A DNA stretch of 32,000 nucleotides, from positions 21,780-53,779 of the forward strand of contig JBBSYL010000015.1 of assembly GCA_038045265.1 (NCBI GenBank). Reading direction: 5' to 3'. The position numbers and the translations under genes are program-made. Below, piece after piece: positions 1-8,710 of this stretch (the stretch's first letter is position 1; each line of letters starts with the position of its first letter). The notes under the pieces are model-generated. The model had not been told where the DNA came from. It was given only the letters and a program-made list of their open reading frames with translations, and did no database searches. The stretch is from Nanobdellota archaeon. Its GTDB lineage: Archaea > Nanobdellota > Nanobdellia > Pacearchaeales > GW2011-AR1.

Positions 1-10
1 AGAGAGTGAA

Positions 11-241
11 TTAGCTTTTCTTTATCTTCTTCTCAGCCCTTGCAATCATATTCTTCTTCAAACCAATAAATATTCCTCCGGATTTTGCTCCAACATATGT
101 GCTCTCCCCTGGCTTAAGAATATCATTCAATTCATCTAATTCAATATCTATATGCGTCACACTTGCATTGCTTTTTCCTTTGACGTGGATATATACATCT
201 GCCTTACCTAACTTTATTTTTCCTTCTCCCGGCCCACTCAT
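11..241 (-). CDS. hypothetical small protein (76 aa, MSGPGEGKIKLGK...)
   Basis: The ORF track extends to 346, but the internal ATG at 241 overlaps the stop of the upstream gene as ATGA (238-241), which suggests translational coupling. I recognise no family. Confidence 0.45.
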   Translation of the reverse strand: MSGPGEGKIKLGKADVYIHVKGKSNASVTHIDIELDELNDILKPGESTYVGAKSGGIFIGLKKNMIARAEKKIKKS

Positions 242-825
242 TTTTTCTCTCCCCCTTTGCCTTGAATATCTTTTATATAATAAATAGCGGATATCGTTCC
301 AGTAATTCCTATCGACCCCGCAATTGGCCAGGAGATATAATTCCAAAAAGGATACTGCAAACTCAATATTAAAGCAGGCAATGCGAATCCTTGAAGTAGT
401 GTTGTCAGCTTAGCAACATATCTTGCATTAGGTATTGGCTTTCCTGCAACTAATGCAATAAGTGCAAACGGGGCACTTATAATTTCCCTGCTCATCATCA
501 AAAGAAGCTGAAATCCTTCTTTTGCTCCAAGCTCCCCCCTAAGTCCAAAAGCTACAATAAAAGCAATTGCTGTTCCAGCCCACAAAAATCTATCAGCAAT
601 CATGTCTGCTTTTCTTCCGAACTCACTCTCCCACTTGCATCTTCTAGCCAATTGACCATCAAGAAAATCAGTAATTGCCGCTATGGCGAATATAATTACT
701 ATCTTTACCAAACTAGCCTTAATAAAAACTAAATATATAACAACAAAAGTGAGTATTATTCTGCTTATAGTAAGTGCATTAGGAATTTGGCCAACCCATG
801 AATTGTTGTTTTTCATTAAATACAA
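238..825 (-). CDS. CDP-alcohol phosphatidyltransferase family membrane protein (archaeal phospholipid headgroup synthase type)
   Basis: It carries the signature D-G-x2-A-R-x8-G-x3-D-x3-D in DFLDGQLARRCKWESEFGRKADMIADR. The protein has multiple hydrophobic helices. The start could be ATG 825 or 816. Confidence 0.85.
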   Translation of the reverse strand: MYLMKNNNSWVGQIPNALTISRIILTFVVIYLVFIKASLVKIVIIFAIAAITDFLDGQLARRCKWESEFGRKADMIADRFLWAGTAIAFIVAFGLRGELGAKEGFQLLLMMSREIISAPFALIALVAGKPIPNARYVAKLTTLLQGFALPALILSLQYPFWNYISWPIAGSIGITGTISAIYYIKDIQGKGGEKK

Positions 826-868
826 AAGAGGACAAACTTTAAAAGCCCTTTCCCTCCCCTATATCTAT

Positions 869-944
869 AGCGGAGTAGAGGAGCCTGGAGTCCTCGCGAG
901 GCCCATAACCTCGAGATCGCACGGTTCAAATCCTGCCTCCGCTA
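869..944 (+). tRNA. tRNA-Met (anticodon CAU); initiator-like A1:U72, though an elongator or agmatidine-modified Ile2 identity cannot be excluded
   Basis: Hand-folded cloverleaf. The acceptor stem is AGCGGAG/CTCCGCT and the D stem is GAGG/CCTC. The anticodon stem CGAGG/CCTCG carries the loop CCCAUAA. The T arm is GCA(C)GG-TTCAAAT-CCTGC, with a GTTCAAATC T-loop. No CCA is encoded. The T stem needs one bulged C. Confidence 0.7.
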
Positions 945-991
945 TTATTTATTAATGGGTGGGATTTGATTATTCAATTATTACAATAAAG

Positions 992-999
992 TTTATTAA
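992..999 (+). promoter_or_regulatory. TATA box (TTTATTAA) for the M16 peptidase gene
   Basis: It sits in the context AAAGTTTATTAAC, with 23 nt between the box and ATG 1023. Confidence 0.5.
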
Positions 1000-1022
1000 C
1001 AGAGTTTTATCGTTTTTTAAAC

Positions 1023-2315
1023 ATGGCTTTCAAAAAACTTCCTAAATATCAAGGAGGAACTTTACAAGAAGAGATTGAAAGAACAGGATTTCATAGAGAA
1101 GTTTTAGATTCAAGAGCAGTAGTTATGGGAGAATTTCGTCCAATTAGACAAATTTGTATGGGTATAAGAATTCCAAAGGGTTCAGCACATGACTCTCCAA
1201 AAAAACAAGGTTTACATCACCTAACAGAGCATATGTTATTTAAACCGCAGACAAGAGGAGACATGACTATATTAACCGAAAGAATTGAAGATTTTGGAGG
1301 AGTAGTAAGCGCAGCAACAACCCCAACATACACTGAAGGACTTATTCAGGTACCTTTAGACCGATATAAACGAGGTTTGCAATATCTTACTCTACTTATG
1401 GGAAGAATTCCAAAAGTTAGTAGGGCAGATTTCGAACATGAAAGAGATGTAATTAAAATAGAGATTGGAAAATACCATGATAATCCTGAATCATTCATTA
1501 TTGATTTGTTGCATGAAGAATCATTCGAATTGCCTTTTGGAAATTCAATAGTTGGAGATATAGATTCAGTATCAAGAATTACCAGAAGAGATGTTCATAA
1601 TATATGGGAAGCAAGTTATCTTCCTTCAACATTTATAGTATCTAGTATAGGAGGAATACCTCCAGAGCAAATCGCCAGAGATTTAGAAAAGATTCTAAGA
1701 AAACAAACAAAAACGCATCCAATAACAGATATTCCAGTAATAGTTCCTAAAAGAAAATTCTCCCATAGGAATATTCCTAGAAGAGGATTGATGGATGCAC
1801 ATCTTGGTTTTTCTTTTATAGGAACTCCAGTAGAGCACGAAGATGCATTTGCATGGGATGTCATAGATGCATTTCTATGTGAAGGTTTTTCTTCATGCTT
1901 GTATCGCTCAATTCGTGAGACTAGTGGGCTGATATATCATTTACAATCTGCGCCGTACCAAGTACAAAGAATGGGAGTATATGAATTAAGTCTCCAGACC
2001 GATCCTAATAAAATTCATTTAGTTGAAAAATTAATAAAAAGAGGTTTTGAAGCGGCTAAGAATATGAGCCAATCAGAATTTAGAAAAGCAAAGCAAAAAG
2101 CATTAGGTAGATATGATTCTAGAGAAAGGACATTAGATGAAAGAAGAGAAGAATTTGCAGAGGAAGAACAACAAAGAGGAAATGCAGAGTTATTATATAA
2201 CAACAGGAGAAATATCGCGAAAGTTAGACTAGAACAAGTTAGAAGAGTAATTCAAGTACCAAATTTCTCCACAGGAGAAAGAAATTTCAGCTCAGTTTAT
2301 ATTCTACCAGCATAA
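1023..2315 (+). CDS. M16 (pitrilysin/insulinase-like) zinc peptidase family protein
   Basis: The inverted zinc-binding motif HxxEH is present (GLHHLTEHMLF). At 430 aa the size matches a two-lobed M16 protein. Confidence 0.8.
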   Translation: MAFKKLPKYQGGTLQEEIERTGFHREVLDSRAVVMGEFRPIRQICMGIRIPKGSAHDSPKKQGLHHLTEHMLFKPQTRGDMTILTERIEDFGGVVSAATTPTYTEGLIQVPLDRYKRGLQYLTLLMGRIPKVSRADFEHERDVIKIEIGKYHDNPESFIIDLLHEESFELPFGNSIVGDIDSVSRITRRDVHNIWEASYLPSTFIVSSIGGIPPEQIARDLEKILRKQTKTHPITDIPVIVPKRKFSHRNIPRRGLMDAHLGFSFIGTPVEHEDAFAWDVIDAFLCEGFSSCLYRSIRETSGLIYHLQSAPYQVQRMGVYELSLQTDPNKIHLVEKLIKRGFEAAKNMSQSEFRKAKQKALGRYDSRERTLDERREEFAEEEQQRGNAELLYNNRRNIAKVRLEQVRRVIQVPNFSTGERNFSSVYILPA

Positions 2316-2324
2316 TCAATCACA

Positions 2325-2332
2325 TTTTTATA
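2325..2332 (+). promoter_or_regulatory. TATA box (TTTTTATA) for rnhB
   Basis: There are 21 nt between the box and ATG 2354. This supports 2354 rather than the TTG at 2345 as the start. Confidence 0.5.
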
Positions 2333-2353
2333 CAACCTTTTCTATTGGTGCAT

Positions 2354-3022
2354 ATGTACATTTTAGGAATAGATGACGCTGGTAGAGGACCATTAATCGG
2401 TTCAATGTTTCTAGCAGGAGTTCTAATAAAAAAGGAAGATGAAAAATATCTAAAAGCTGAAGGAGTTGCAGATTCCAAAACCCTTGCCCATGAAAAAAGA
2501 ATGAAATTAGATGGAATAATAAAAGATTTATCTAAAAACTTTAAAATCGTTGAATCCACAGCAGAGCAAATAGACCACGCAATCCATTCTGGAGTTAATC
2601 TTAATACATTAGAAGCAATAAAAACAGCAGAAATAATAAATTCTTTATTAGAAAATGTAAAAGAAAAAGTAAAGATAATTGTAGATTGTCCTTCAGTAAA
2701 TACAAATGCCTGGAAAGCAACCCTTATTCATTACATTAAAGACAACAAAGATTTTGAATTACATTGCGAGCATAAAGCAGACGCAAATCACATAAGCGTT
2801 TCAGCAGCCTCAATTCTTGCGAAATGCGCAAGAGAAGCATCACTCCCCAATCTAAGAAAAAAATTTGGAGATTTTGGTTCAGGTTATCCATCAGACCCAA
2901 CAACAAAGGATTTTCTAAAGAAACACGGAAATAAGCACAAAGATTCAGGCATATTTAGAAAATCTTGGGCAACTTGGAAAGCGTTATATCCTGAAAGTAA
3001 TAAGCAGAAGACTTTGTTTTGA
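2354..3022 (+). CDS. rnhB: ribonuclease HII
   Basis: The N-terminal catalytic motif ILGIDDAGRGPLIGSM matches the GIDEAGRGP type. ASILAK and GSGYPSD motifs lie downstream. Confidence 0.9.
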   Translation: MYILGIDDAGRGPLIGSMFLAGVLIKKEDEKYLKAEGVADSKTLAHEKRMKLDGIIKDLSKNFKIVESTAEQIDHAIHSGVNLNTLEAIKTAEIINSLLENVKEKVKIIVDCPSVNTNAWKATLIHYIKDNKDFELHCEHKADANHISVSAASILAKCAREASLPNLRKKFGDFGSGYPSDPTTKDFLKKHGNKHKDSGIFRKSWATWKALYPESNKQKTLF

Positions 3023-3148
3023 CATAATAGTATATAATCTATAAAAGTATGTTTTTATGTAAAAATTAAAAATAATAATATATTTTATCTTTTATTGTTA
3101 GTTAAGCCAAGTCTTGGTTTATCCATTACCCATTACATATTTACAGAC

Positions 3149-3769
3149 TTACCATCCATCATCTGTTTCTTTAAGCATTTTAGCAATATTTGCCTGAACT
3201 TCAGGAGTTATTCCAAGTCTTTTCTTTTCAAAATCAGAATCATATCCGTGTAAAACATCATAAACTTCTCTAACTATTCTAGTTCCTTCATCTGAACTTC
3301 CGAAATAAGCTATTCTTCCAATAAGTCCACATTTCACAGAATCATTTCTTCCAATAGGCATATTCATGTCAAATTTTCTTTCAAGTTTATGTTCTTTATA
3401 ATCTCTCAATTTAACATTAACCTTTCCATGAATAGTCAATACCCCATTCTCCCCTCCAGAGGAAGCATCAGCCACAAAATCATATCCTACAATTATTGCT
3501 TTATTTGCCTCAGGAAAAGAGGTATTAAGAGGTACTTTAACAGTCCTATCTGATTCAAATCTTCCTCTTGGTTCTTGTCCAGAAAGTCTATACTCTACTT
3601 TTTTCAAGCTTGCATCATCAATCAATCTAAGTTGTAATAACTGTAAATCCGCCCTAAATCTTGAAACATCTATATCATGAACCCTCATAACCTCTTCAAC
3701 AAAACTACTTCTATTGATACTTTTTGTAAAATCAAAATCAAGAGCAGTGGTTATTTGTCCATAATACAT
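3149..3769 (-). CDS. hypothetical protein (206 aa)
   Basis: A long ORF with non-repetitive composition. On the minus strand a TATA-like CTTTAAATA lies about 25 nt upstream of ATG 3769. I recognise no family. Confidence 0.6.
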   Translation of the reverse strand: MYYGQITTALDFDFTKSINRSSFVEEVMRVHDIDVSRFRADLQLLQLRLIDDASLKKVEYRLSGQEPRGRFESDRTVKVPLNTSFPEANKAIIVGYDFVADASSGGENGVLTIHGKVNVKLRDYKEHKLERKFDMNMPIGRNDSVKCGLIGRIAYFGSSDEGTRIVREVYDVLHGYDSDFEKKRLGITPEVQANIAKMLKETDDGW

Positions 3770-3815
3770 ATTTAATCAGATTAAAAATACTATTTAAAGA
3801 TTTATGTGATAAAAG

Positions 3816-3823
3816 TTTAAATA
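3816..3823 (+). promoter_or_regulatory. BRE/TATA element (AAAAGTTTAAATAC) for the chorismate mutase gene
   Basis: There are 20 nt between TTTAAATA and ATG 3844. The identical 14-mer AAAAGTTTAAATAC recurs at 27405-27418. Confidence 0.55.
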
Positions 3824-3843
3824 CGCACTATTTATACAATTGC

Positions 3844-4155
3844 ATGGAAATTGAAGAAGTAAGAAAGAAAATAAACGAAATAGACTATAAAATAATAGAA
3901 CTTATTGTGCAAAGATTCAAGCTTGTAAAAGAAGTTGCACTTCACAAGTTCACAAATAACCTTCCCTTAAAAGATCCAAGTAGAGAAAAAGCTCTTATAG
4001 AAGACAGAAATGCAAAGTTTGAAAAACTAGGATTTAAAGATAGCGGTTTTGTTAGCTCTCTCTACTCAACAATAATAAAAAAATCAATAAAATTACAGAA
4101 GAATTATATGAAAAAGCATAAGAAAGATAGAGAAGAAAAACTAACTGGGGTTTAA
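3844..4155 (+). CDS. chorismate mutase (AroQ / type II, all-helical)
   Basis: It shows the AroQ pattern EEVRKKINEIDYKIIELIVQRFKLVKEVALHK...PLKDPSREKALIED. The 103-aa size is typical of monofunctional AroQ. Confidence 0.75.
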   Translation: MEIEEVRKKINEIDYKIIELIVQRFKLVKEVALHKFTNNLPLKDPSREKALIEDRNAKFEKLGFKDSGFVSSLYSTIIKKSIKLQKNYMKKHKKDREEKLTGV

Positions 4156-7101
4156 ATCTTCTTTTTTGTTTTCAGTATTCTCTGTTGGAGATTGCAAGGC
4201 AACCTTTTCTATCTCCTTTTCAATATCTCTAGCTTGAGACAAATCAAGAGAAAGTATCTTTGAAACATTGTCATGCATACTTACTCCATAGAGAACTTGG
4301 GAATTCATAATTATAGCATCATTATGTGTTATAACAATATATTGTCCGGCCTTCATATATTTCTTAAGTAGTGCACCTAATCTTTCAGAATTTCTTTTAT
4401 CCAGAGCAGCATCAATTTCATCAAAGACGTAAAAATGATATGGTTTATACTCTTGTATCGCAAATAATAATGACAAAGCAACAAGCGTCTGTTCTCCTCC
4501 AGATAAGGAAGTAACATCAAAATACTTTCCTTTTGCAAGTCTTACCACTATGTTTACCCCGCCTGCAAAAATATCTTCTTTGTTTTCAAGTTCAAGATAA
4601 GCAACTCCTTTAGTATATAATTGTGCAAAATTCTGTGAAAAAAGTTCAGACATTGCGTTGAAAGTCTTCATGAAACTTCTCTTTTTCTTCTTGTCAATCT
4701 CTTCAATTATCTTCAATATCTCATTCTTTTCATTTTCTAATGTATTGACTTTTTCCTGCACAGAATCATATTCCTTCTTCATATCTTCATAAACTTCCAA
4801 TGCTCTTAAGTTAATACTCCCTATTTTCTGTAATGCTTCCTGCGTCTTTACAAGCCTTTCTTCGAAATAATTCATGCTTCCCTGCATTAATTCTATGCCT
4901 GCATAATCAGACAAGTCCATACCTATAGCCTCTTTTTCAGCATCCAATTTTGCTTTTCCAACTTTAAGATAATTTATTTGATCTTCAACTGCTCTTATTT
5001 CAGAATTTAATTCGCTTAACCTAAAATTAATTTCTTGTATTTCATGCTGGACTTTCTCTCTTTCTTCAAATAACTCTTTGAATTTCTTCTGGAATTCTTT
5101 TTCCTGCAAATCTTTTCTTGCGAGCTGTTCATTTTTTTCATCAAAACTTCTAGCAAGTTCGTTTATACTGTTTTCTAAATCCTTCAAGTCTCTCTTTCCA
5201 TTCTTTACTATGCTCAAAACCTTTTCAAGATCTCTTTGTTTATATAAAAGGCTAGTCTCAACATCTCCGCTGGTTCTGCTGGATATTTCTTCTATTTCAA
5301 GCATCTTTGCTTCGTATTTTTCTTCAAGCCCATACATTTCCTGTGTCTTCTCTTCAAGTTTTCTTCCACTTTCCTCAAGATTTCTTAATTCTTGTCTGAG
5401 TATGTTTTCATTTTCAACAAGTTTTCTCAATTGATCTTTTTTGTCTCTTATTGAGTCATGTCTCATCTTCTCAAGTTCAGAATTAGAAATATTTTCATCT
5501 ATTCCATCTATTCTTTTTTTCAAATTCTCGCATTCTCTCTTAAGCTTTTCAAGTTCCTTGTTTGAATTATCTATTACCTTTTCAGAATTACCTATTATCT
5601 TTTCCTGCTCAATATTAACATGAGATATATGTTCTGAGGTCATTTTACTCAGACACATAGGGCAGGTATCTATCTCATTTATTCTTGATTTTATTTTCTT
5701 TGCCTTTTCAAGCTCTGACTCAGCCACAGATGCAGACTTTTCATGATTCATTATAGAGCTCTGTCTTTGTTCTATTGTGTGCCTTGTATCTTCAAGCTCA
5801 TTTCTTAACTCTTTTATTATCTTGGAGCATTCTTCAGAGCTTTTGTGAGATAGGCCTTTTTCAAATGATTCAATCTGTCTCAACATATTTTCAGATTCTC
5901 CAGTATTTCTTGCGAGCTGTCTTTCCCTTTCTTTTATTACTTCCCTTACTCCAACTAGTTCATTCTTTAATGAATGTACTTTCTCTCTCTCTTCTTTTAT
6001 TCCATTTAATTCATCCTTCTTTTTTTTCAATTCTTCGGACTTCTCAGCCATCTTTGGAGACTCTTCCTTAAGTTCTTGAATTTCTTTTTCAAATTCAGGA
6101 ATAGATTTTTCCATTTCAGTCACTCTTCTATCTACCTCTCTTTTCCTATTTTCATAATTCTCTCTTCTTACTCTTAAACCTTCAAGCTCAGCTTTTAGAT
6201 TTGCAATATCATCGTTGAGTTTTTCCTGTTCAATACCACTTGACCTCTGTATGTGTTTCGTTATTTCATTTATTCTTTCATTTAATTTTTCTTGTTCATC
6301 GCTCGCATTTCTAGCTTCTTCCTTAAATTTTTCTTTTTGTTTATCTTTTTCCCCTATTGACTTTACAATGCTTTCTATCTCTTTATCTTTCTCATTAGCT
6401 TTTCTTGCAAGTATAGATGCATTTATCCTTTTCAGATTGTTCTCCAGTTCCTTGAATTTAAGCGCCTCCTGTCTTTCTCTATCTAAATTTCTCAAGTAAG
6501 CCGTTCTCTCTCTCAAAACTGTGCCTATTTCTTTCAACTTTCCTTCTGTCTTCTCCAATTCCTTCAAGCTTTTCTCTTTTCTTAACTCATAAATAGCGAT
6601 TCCGGCAACTTCCTCTATTATCTTTCTTCTATCTTCAGGATGCATTTTCACAATACTTTGTATCTGGCCTTGTAAAACAAGATTAAACCCATAGGGGTCT
6701 ATGCCTGCCTGTGCAAGAGTCTCTATAACTTCTATCCTCGTCTTAGTCTCTTCATTTATCCTATATACGCCTTGCCCATTATACTTGACAATTCTTTTTA
6801 AGCTTATTTCATCATTATCAATATTGAATCCCCTATCAGAATTATCAAATACAAGCTCAACCATCGCCTCCCTTGCAGGCTTAATATATTTACTTCCCAT
6901 AAAAAGCAAGTTCTTGGCTTTCGCAGCCCTCATACTTTTTATAGATAATCTTCCAAGAACAAAACATAATGCGTCAGATACATTGCTTTTTCCACTTCCA
7001 TTCGGTCCCAGAATTACATTAATTCCAGTATCAAAGACTATTTCAGTGCGCCTTGCAAAGCTCTTGAAGCCATGCATCACCATTCTTTTTATATGCACCA
7101 T
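4141..7101 (-). CDS. smc: SMC-family chromosome-segregation ATPase, with a CPxC zinc-hook motif at the coiled-coil apex instead of a recognisable hinge
   Basis: The N-terminal head is GFKSFARRTEIVFDTGINVILGPNGSGKSNVSDALCFVLG (Walker A), followed by QGQIQSIVKMHPEDRRKIIEEVAGI. The C-terminal head is LSGGEQTLVALSLLFAIQEYKPYHFYVFDEIDAALD (signature plus Walker B). Long Lys/Glu-rich coiled coils lie between the heads. ATG 7101 is preferred over the TTG at 7107 because the TATA box lies 23 nt upstream of 7101. Confidence 0.9.
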   Translation of the reverse strand: MVHIKRMVMHGFKSFARRTEIVFDTGINVILGPNGSGKSNVSDALCFVLGRLSIKSMRAAKAKNLLFMGSKYIKPAREAMVELVFDNSDRGFNIDNDEISLKRIVKYNGQGVYRINEETKTRIEVIETLAQAGIDPYGFNLVLQGQIQSIVKMHPEDRRKIIEEVAGIAIYELRKEKSLKELEKTEGKLKEIGTVLRERTAYLRNLDRERQEALKFKELENNLKRINASILARKANEKDKEIESIVKSIGEKDKQKEKFKEEARNASDEQEKLNERINEITKHIQRSSGIEQEKLNDDIANLKAELEGLRVRRENYENRKREVDRRVTEMEKSIPEFEKEIQELKEESPKMAEKSEELKKKKDELNGIKEEREKVHSLKNELVGVREVIKERERQLARNTGESENMLRQIESFEKGLSHKSSEECSKIIKELRNELEDTRHTIEQRQSSIMNHEKSASVAESELEKAKKIKSRINEIDTCPMCLSKMTSEHISHVNIEQEKIIGNSEKVIDNSNKELEKLKRECENLKKRIDGIDENISNSELEKMRHDSIRDKKDQLRKLVENENILRQELRNLEESGRKLEEKTQEMYGLEEKYEAKMLEIEEISSRTSGDVETSLLYKQRDLEKVLSIVKNGKRDLKDLENSINELARSFDEKNEQLARKDLQEKEFQKKFKELFEEREKVQHEIQEINFRLSELNSEIRAVEDQINYLKVGKAKLDAEKEAIGMDLSDYAGIELMQGSMNYFEERLVKTQEALQKIGSINLRALEVYEDMKKEYDSVQEKVNTLENEKNEILKIIEEIDKKKKRSFMKTFNAMSELFSQNFAQLYTKGVAYLELENKEDIFAGGVNIVVRLAKGKYFDVTSLSGGEQTLVALSLLFAIQEYKPYHFYVFDEIDAALDKRNSERLGALLKKYMKAGQYIVITHNDAIIMNSQVLYGVSMHDNVSKILSLDLSQARDIEKEIEKVALQSPTENTENKKEDLNPS

Positions 7102-7124
7102 TTGCAAATCAATAAACAGAGCGA

Positions 7125-7132
7125 TATTTAAA
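7125..7132 (-). promoter_or_regulatory. TATA box (TTTAAATA on the minus strand) for smc
   Basis: There are 23 nt between the box and ATG 7101. Confidence 0.5.
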
Positions 7133-7152
7133 TTTGCTCAATCTGCATTATC

Positions 7153-7383
7153 TTAAAGAACATCCCCAATTTTCTCAAGCATACATGGATGGACTTGTCC
7201 GCTTCTACATGTCTCAGGAGTAACTTCGAAGCTTACTCCCCTTTTAGAAAAAATAATCTCAATTCTATCGCTAGTTATTTCTAATCTGCCTGCTTCATCC
7301 TTAGGTATGTAAGGATTAGGGCATTTGTCCCAGACTTTATATTTGTCTTTTATATTTAATTGATACAATTTTCTCCATTTCAT
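7153..7383 (-). CDS. hypothetical small protein (76 aa)
   Basis: The ORF has its own TATA box (7406-7413, minus strand) 22 nt upstream of ATG 7383. It follows the poly-T terminator of the upstream gene. I recognise no family. Confidence 0.5.
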   Translation of the reverse strand: MKWRKLYQLNIKDKYKVWDKCPNPYIPKDEAGRLEITSDRIEIIFSKRGVSFEVTPETCRSGQVHPCMLEKIGDVL

Positions 7384-7405
7384 ATTGATTACATTAAAAT
7401 GATAG

Positions 7406-7413
7406 TATAAAAA
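7406..7413 (-). promoter_or_regulatory. TATA box (TTTTTATA on the minus strand) for ORF 7153-7383
   Basis: There are 22 nt between the box and ATG 7383. Confidence 0.45.
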
Positions 7414-7433
7414 GAAGAGGGAGAGATTTTGAT

Positions 7434-7456
7434 AAAAAAAAGAAAAAAAGAAAAAA
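7434..7456 (-). terminator. oligo-T intrinsic terminator after the surface-protein gene
   Basis: The minus strand reads TTTTTTCTTTTTTTCTTTTTTTT, starting 7 nt after the stop codon at 7463. Archaeal RNA polymerase terminates at oligo-T tracts. Confidence 0.6.
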
Positions 7457-7462
7457 TTCTAC

Positions 7463-8710
7463 TTAGTAGTAGCTCTCTCCGAACTCTTCAGACTTTTGCG
7501 GTTTTCTTGTTAGCAAAACTATCAAGACAACTAATAGAACTACGAAAATGATGGCCAGAATAACTGTCAATACGACAGTAGCATCTGCTCCAGCACCCTT
7601 GCTTGTTCCATTAATTTTTGCCTCGAAGCTTTCTTTCTTTACGAGTTCTCCGTTAGAGTTTACGTTTACAGCGAAACTGTATGTTCCAGCTTCATTTGCA
7701 GAAGCTTCTACAGTTACTGTCTTGCTTGTTCCAGCAGGAACAGCAAATACGCTTTCAGAAGCTCCAAGTGTTATTCCACTAGGACTTTCAAAGCTTATAT
7801 CGTAAACCATTGTATTAGATCCAGTGTTAACTACTGTAACAGCATATGCTCCCTTTTCACCAACAGCAATTGTCTTGCTTGTTGAAGTGGAAACAACTTT
7901 GCTATCAGCGCCAGGTCCAACAATTGCAACTTTTTTAGTTATAGTTGTTGAAGAATCGGAATTGAAGGCTTCAAATTGAACTGTATAGATTCCTGCAGGT
8001 GTACCCTGTGGAACTTTCAAACTCAATCTTCTAAAGCCAGCATCTTCCTTTTCAATTCTGTCGTTTCCAGTGCTAACAAATGGATCCTCGGAGAATGGCT
8101 GGTCTTCTGGTGACAAATCGCCAAAGTAGGCTCTTGTCTCAACACTAAGTGCAGGAATTGTCATCCTGACAAAAGTGTCTTCTGCGAATTCTCTTCCTCT
8201 GTTCTTCAATACAATGTCAGCAACAAGATTACTTCCTGCTGATACAGTATTGTCCATTGCAACGTCAAGAACCTCTACTAGGTAGGATTCTCTTTTTGCA
8301 ACCAAAGAAATTGTTGCACTGTCAGCAACTCCAGCATTTTTACTCTCAACTGTTACAGTCAGAGTTAAAGGTTCTCTTGAATCAATGTCAAAAGGCACAT
8401 TTACAGCAAGAAGTCTGCTATATGTGTCTCCGTCATCTACAATAAACCTGCTGGTTACTGCAGCAACAGAATCGCTTCCAGATATTTCAGCTTTCACTCG
8501 TACATCAGTCGCATCAGCAGTTCCTGTGAAGATTACTCTTACAGGTACAGTTTCGCCAGCAACAACGGTGATGTCTGGGCTACCGTTTAGGGCTTCAATC
8601 CCAGAAACTTCAACGCTGTCGATAGTTGCGAAAGCACTAGCACTGCTAACGAAAAGCACTGCAAATGCAACAAGTGCAACAAGAGAAACCAGTATCTTTT
8701 TGGATTCCAT
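7463..8710 (-). CDS. secreted, C-terminally membrane-anchored cell-surface protein with Ig-like/CARDB-type beta-rich repeats (S-layer-like)
   Basis: The N-terminal signal peptide is MESKKILVSLVALVAFAVLFVSSASA. The body is Thr/Ser/Val-rich and beta-strand-like. A C-terminal TM helix (VVLTVILAIIFVVLLVVLIVLL) is followed by a short charged tail. The gene looks more GC-rich than its neighbours. Confidence 0.75.
   Translation of the reverse strand: MESKKILVSLVALVAFAVLFVSSASAFATIDSVEVSGIEALNGSPDITVVAGETVPVRVIFTGTADATDVRVKAEISGSDSVAAVTSRFIVDDGDTYSRLLAVNVPFDIDSREPLTLTVTVESKNAGVADSATISLVAKRESYLVEVLDVAMDNTVSAGSNLVADIVLKNRGREFAEDTFVRMTIPALSVETRAYFGDLSPEDQPFSEDPFVSTGNDRIEKEDAGFRRLSLKVPQGTPAGIYTVQFEAFNSDSSTTITKKVAIVGPGADSKVVSTSTSKTIAVGEKGAYAVTVVNTGSNTMVYDISFESPSGITLGASESVFAVPAGTSKTVTVEASANEAGTYSFAVNVNSNGELVKKESFEAKINGTSKGAGADATVVLTVILAIIFVVLLVVLIVLLTRKPQKSEEFGESYY

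Noticed and set aside
242-346. A 35-codon N-terminal extension of ORF 11-346.
   Set aside because: It lies entirely inside the 3' end of the upstream gene. The internal ATG at 241 forms an ATGA stop/start overlap, which is the more parsimonious start.
683-955. A 90-aa plus-strand ORF.
   Set aside because: Its 5' half is antisense to the CDP-alcohol phosphatidyltransferase gene and its 3' half runs through the tRNA-Met gene, so it is spurious.
4141-7101. Calling this protein Rad50 because of the CPxC hook.
   Set aside because: The head-domain motifs (GFKSF, FVLG, the QGQI...ERR..IEE.AGI block, and the C-terminal FDEIDAALD context) are of SMC type, not Rad50 type. No Mre11 gene is adjacent. 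I kept it as SMC-like with the hook flagged as a finding.
5078-7156. A series of plus-strand ORFs (5078-5434, 5441-5623, 5775-6071, 6215-6499, 6701-7156) lying inside the smc gene.
   Set aside because: Their products are Ser/Phe/Leu-rich and low-complexity. That is the expected antisense translation of a Lys/Glu-rich coiled-coil gene. None has promoter or family support.
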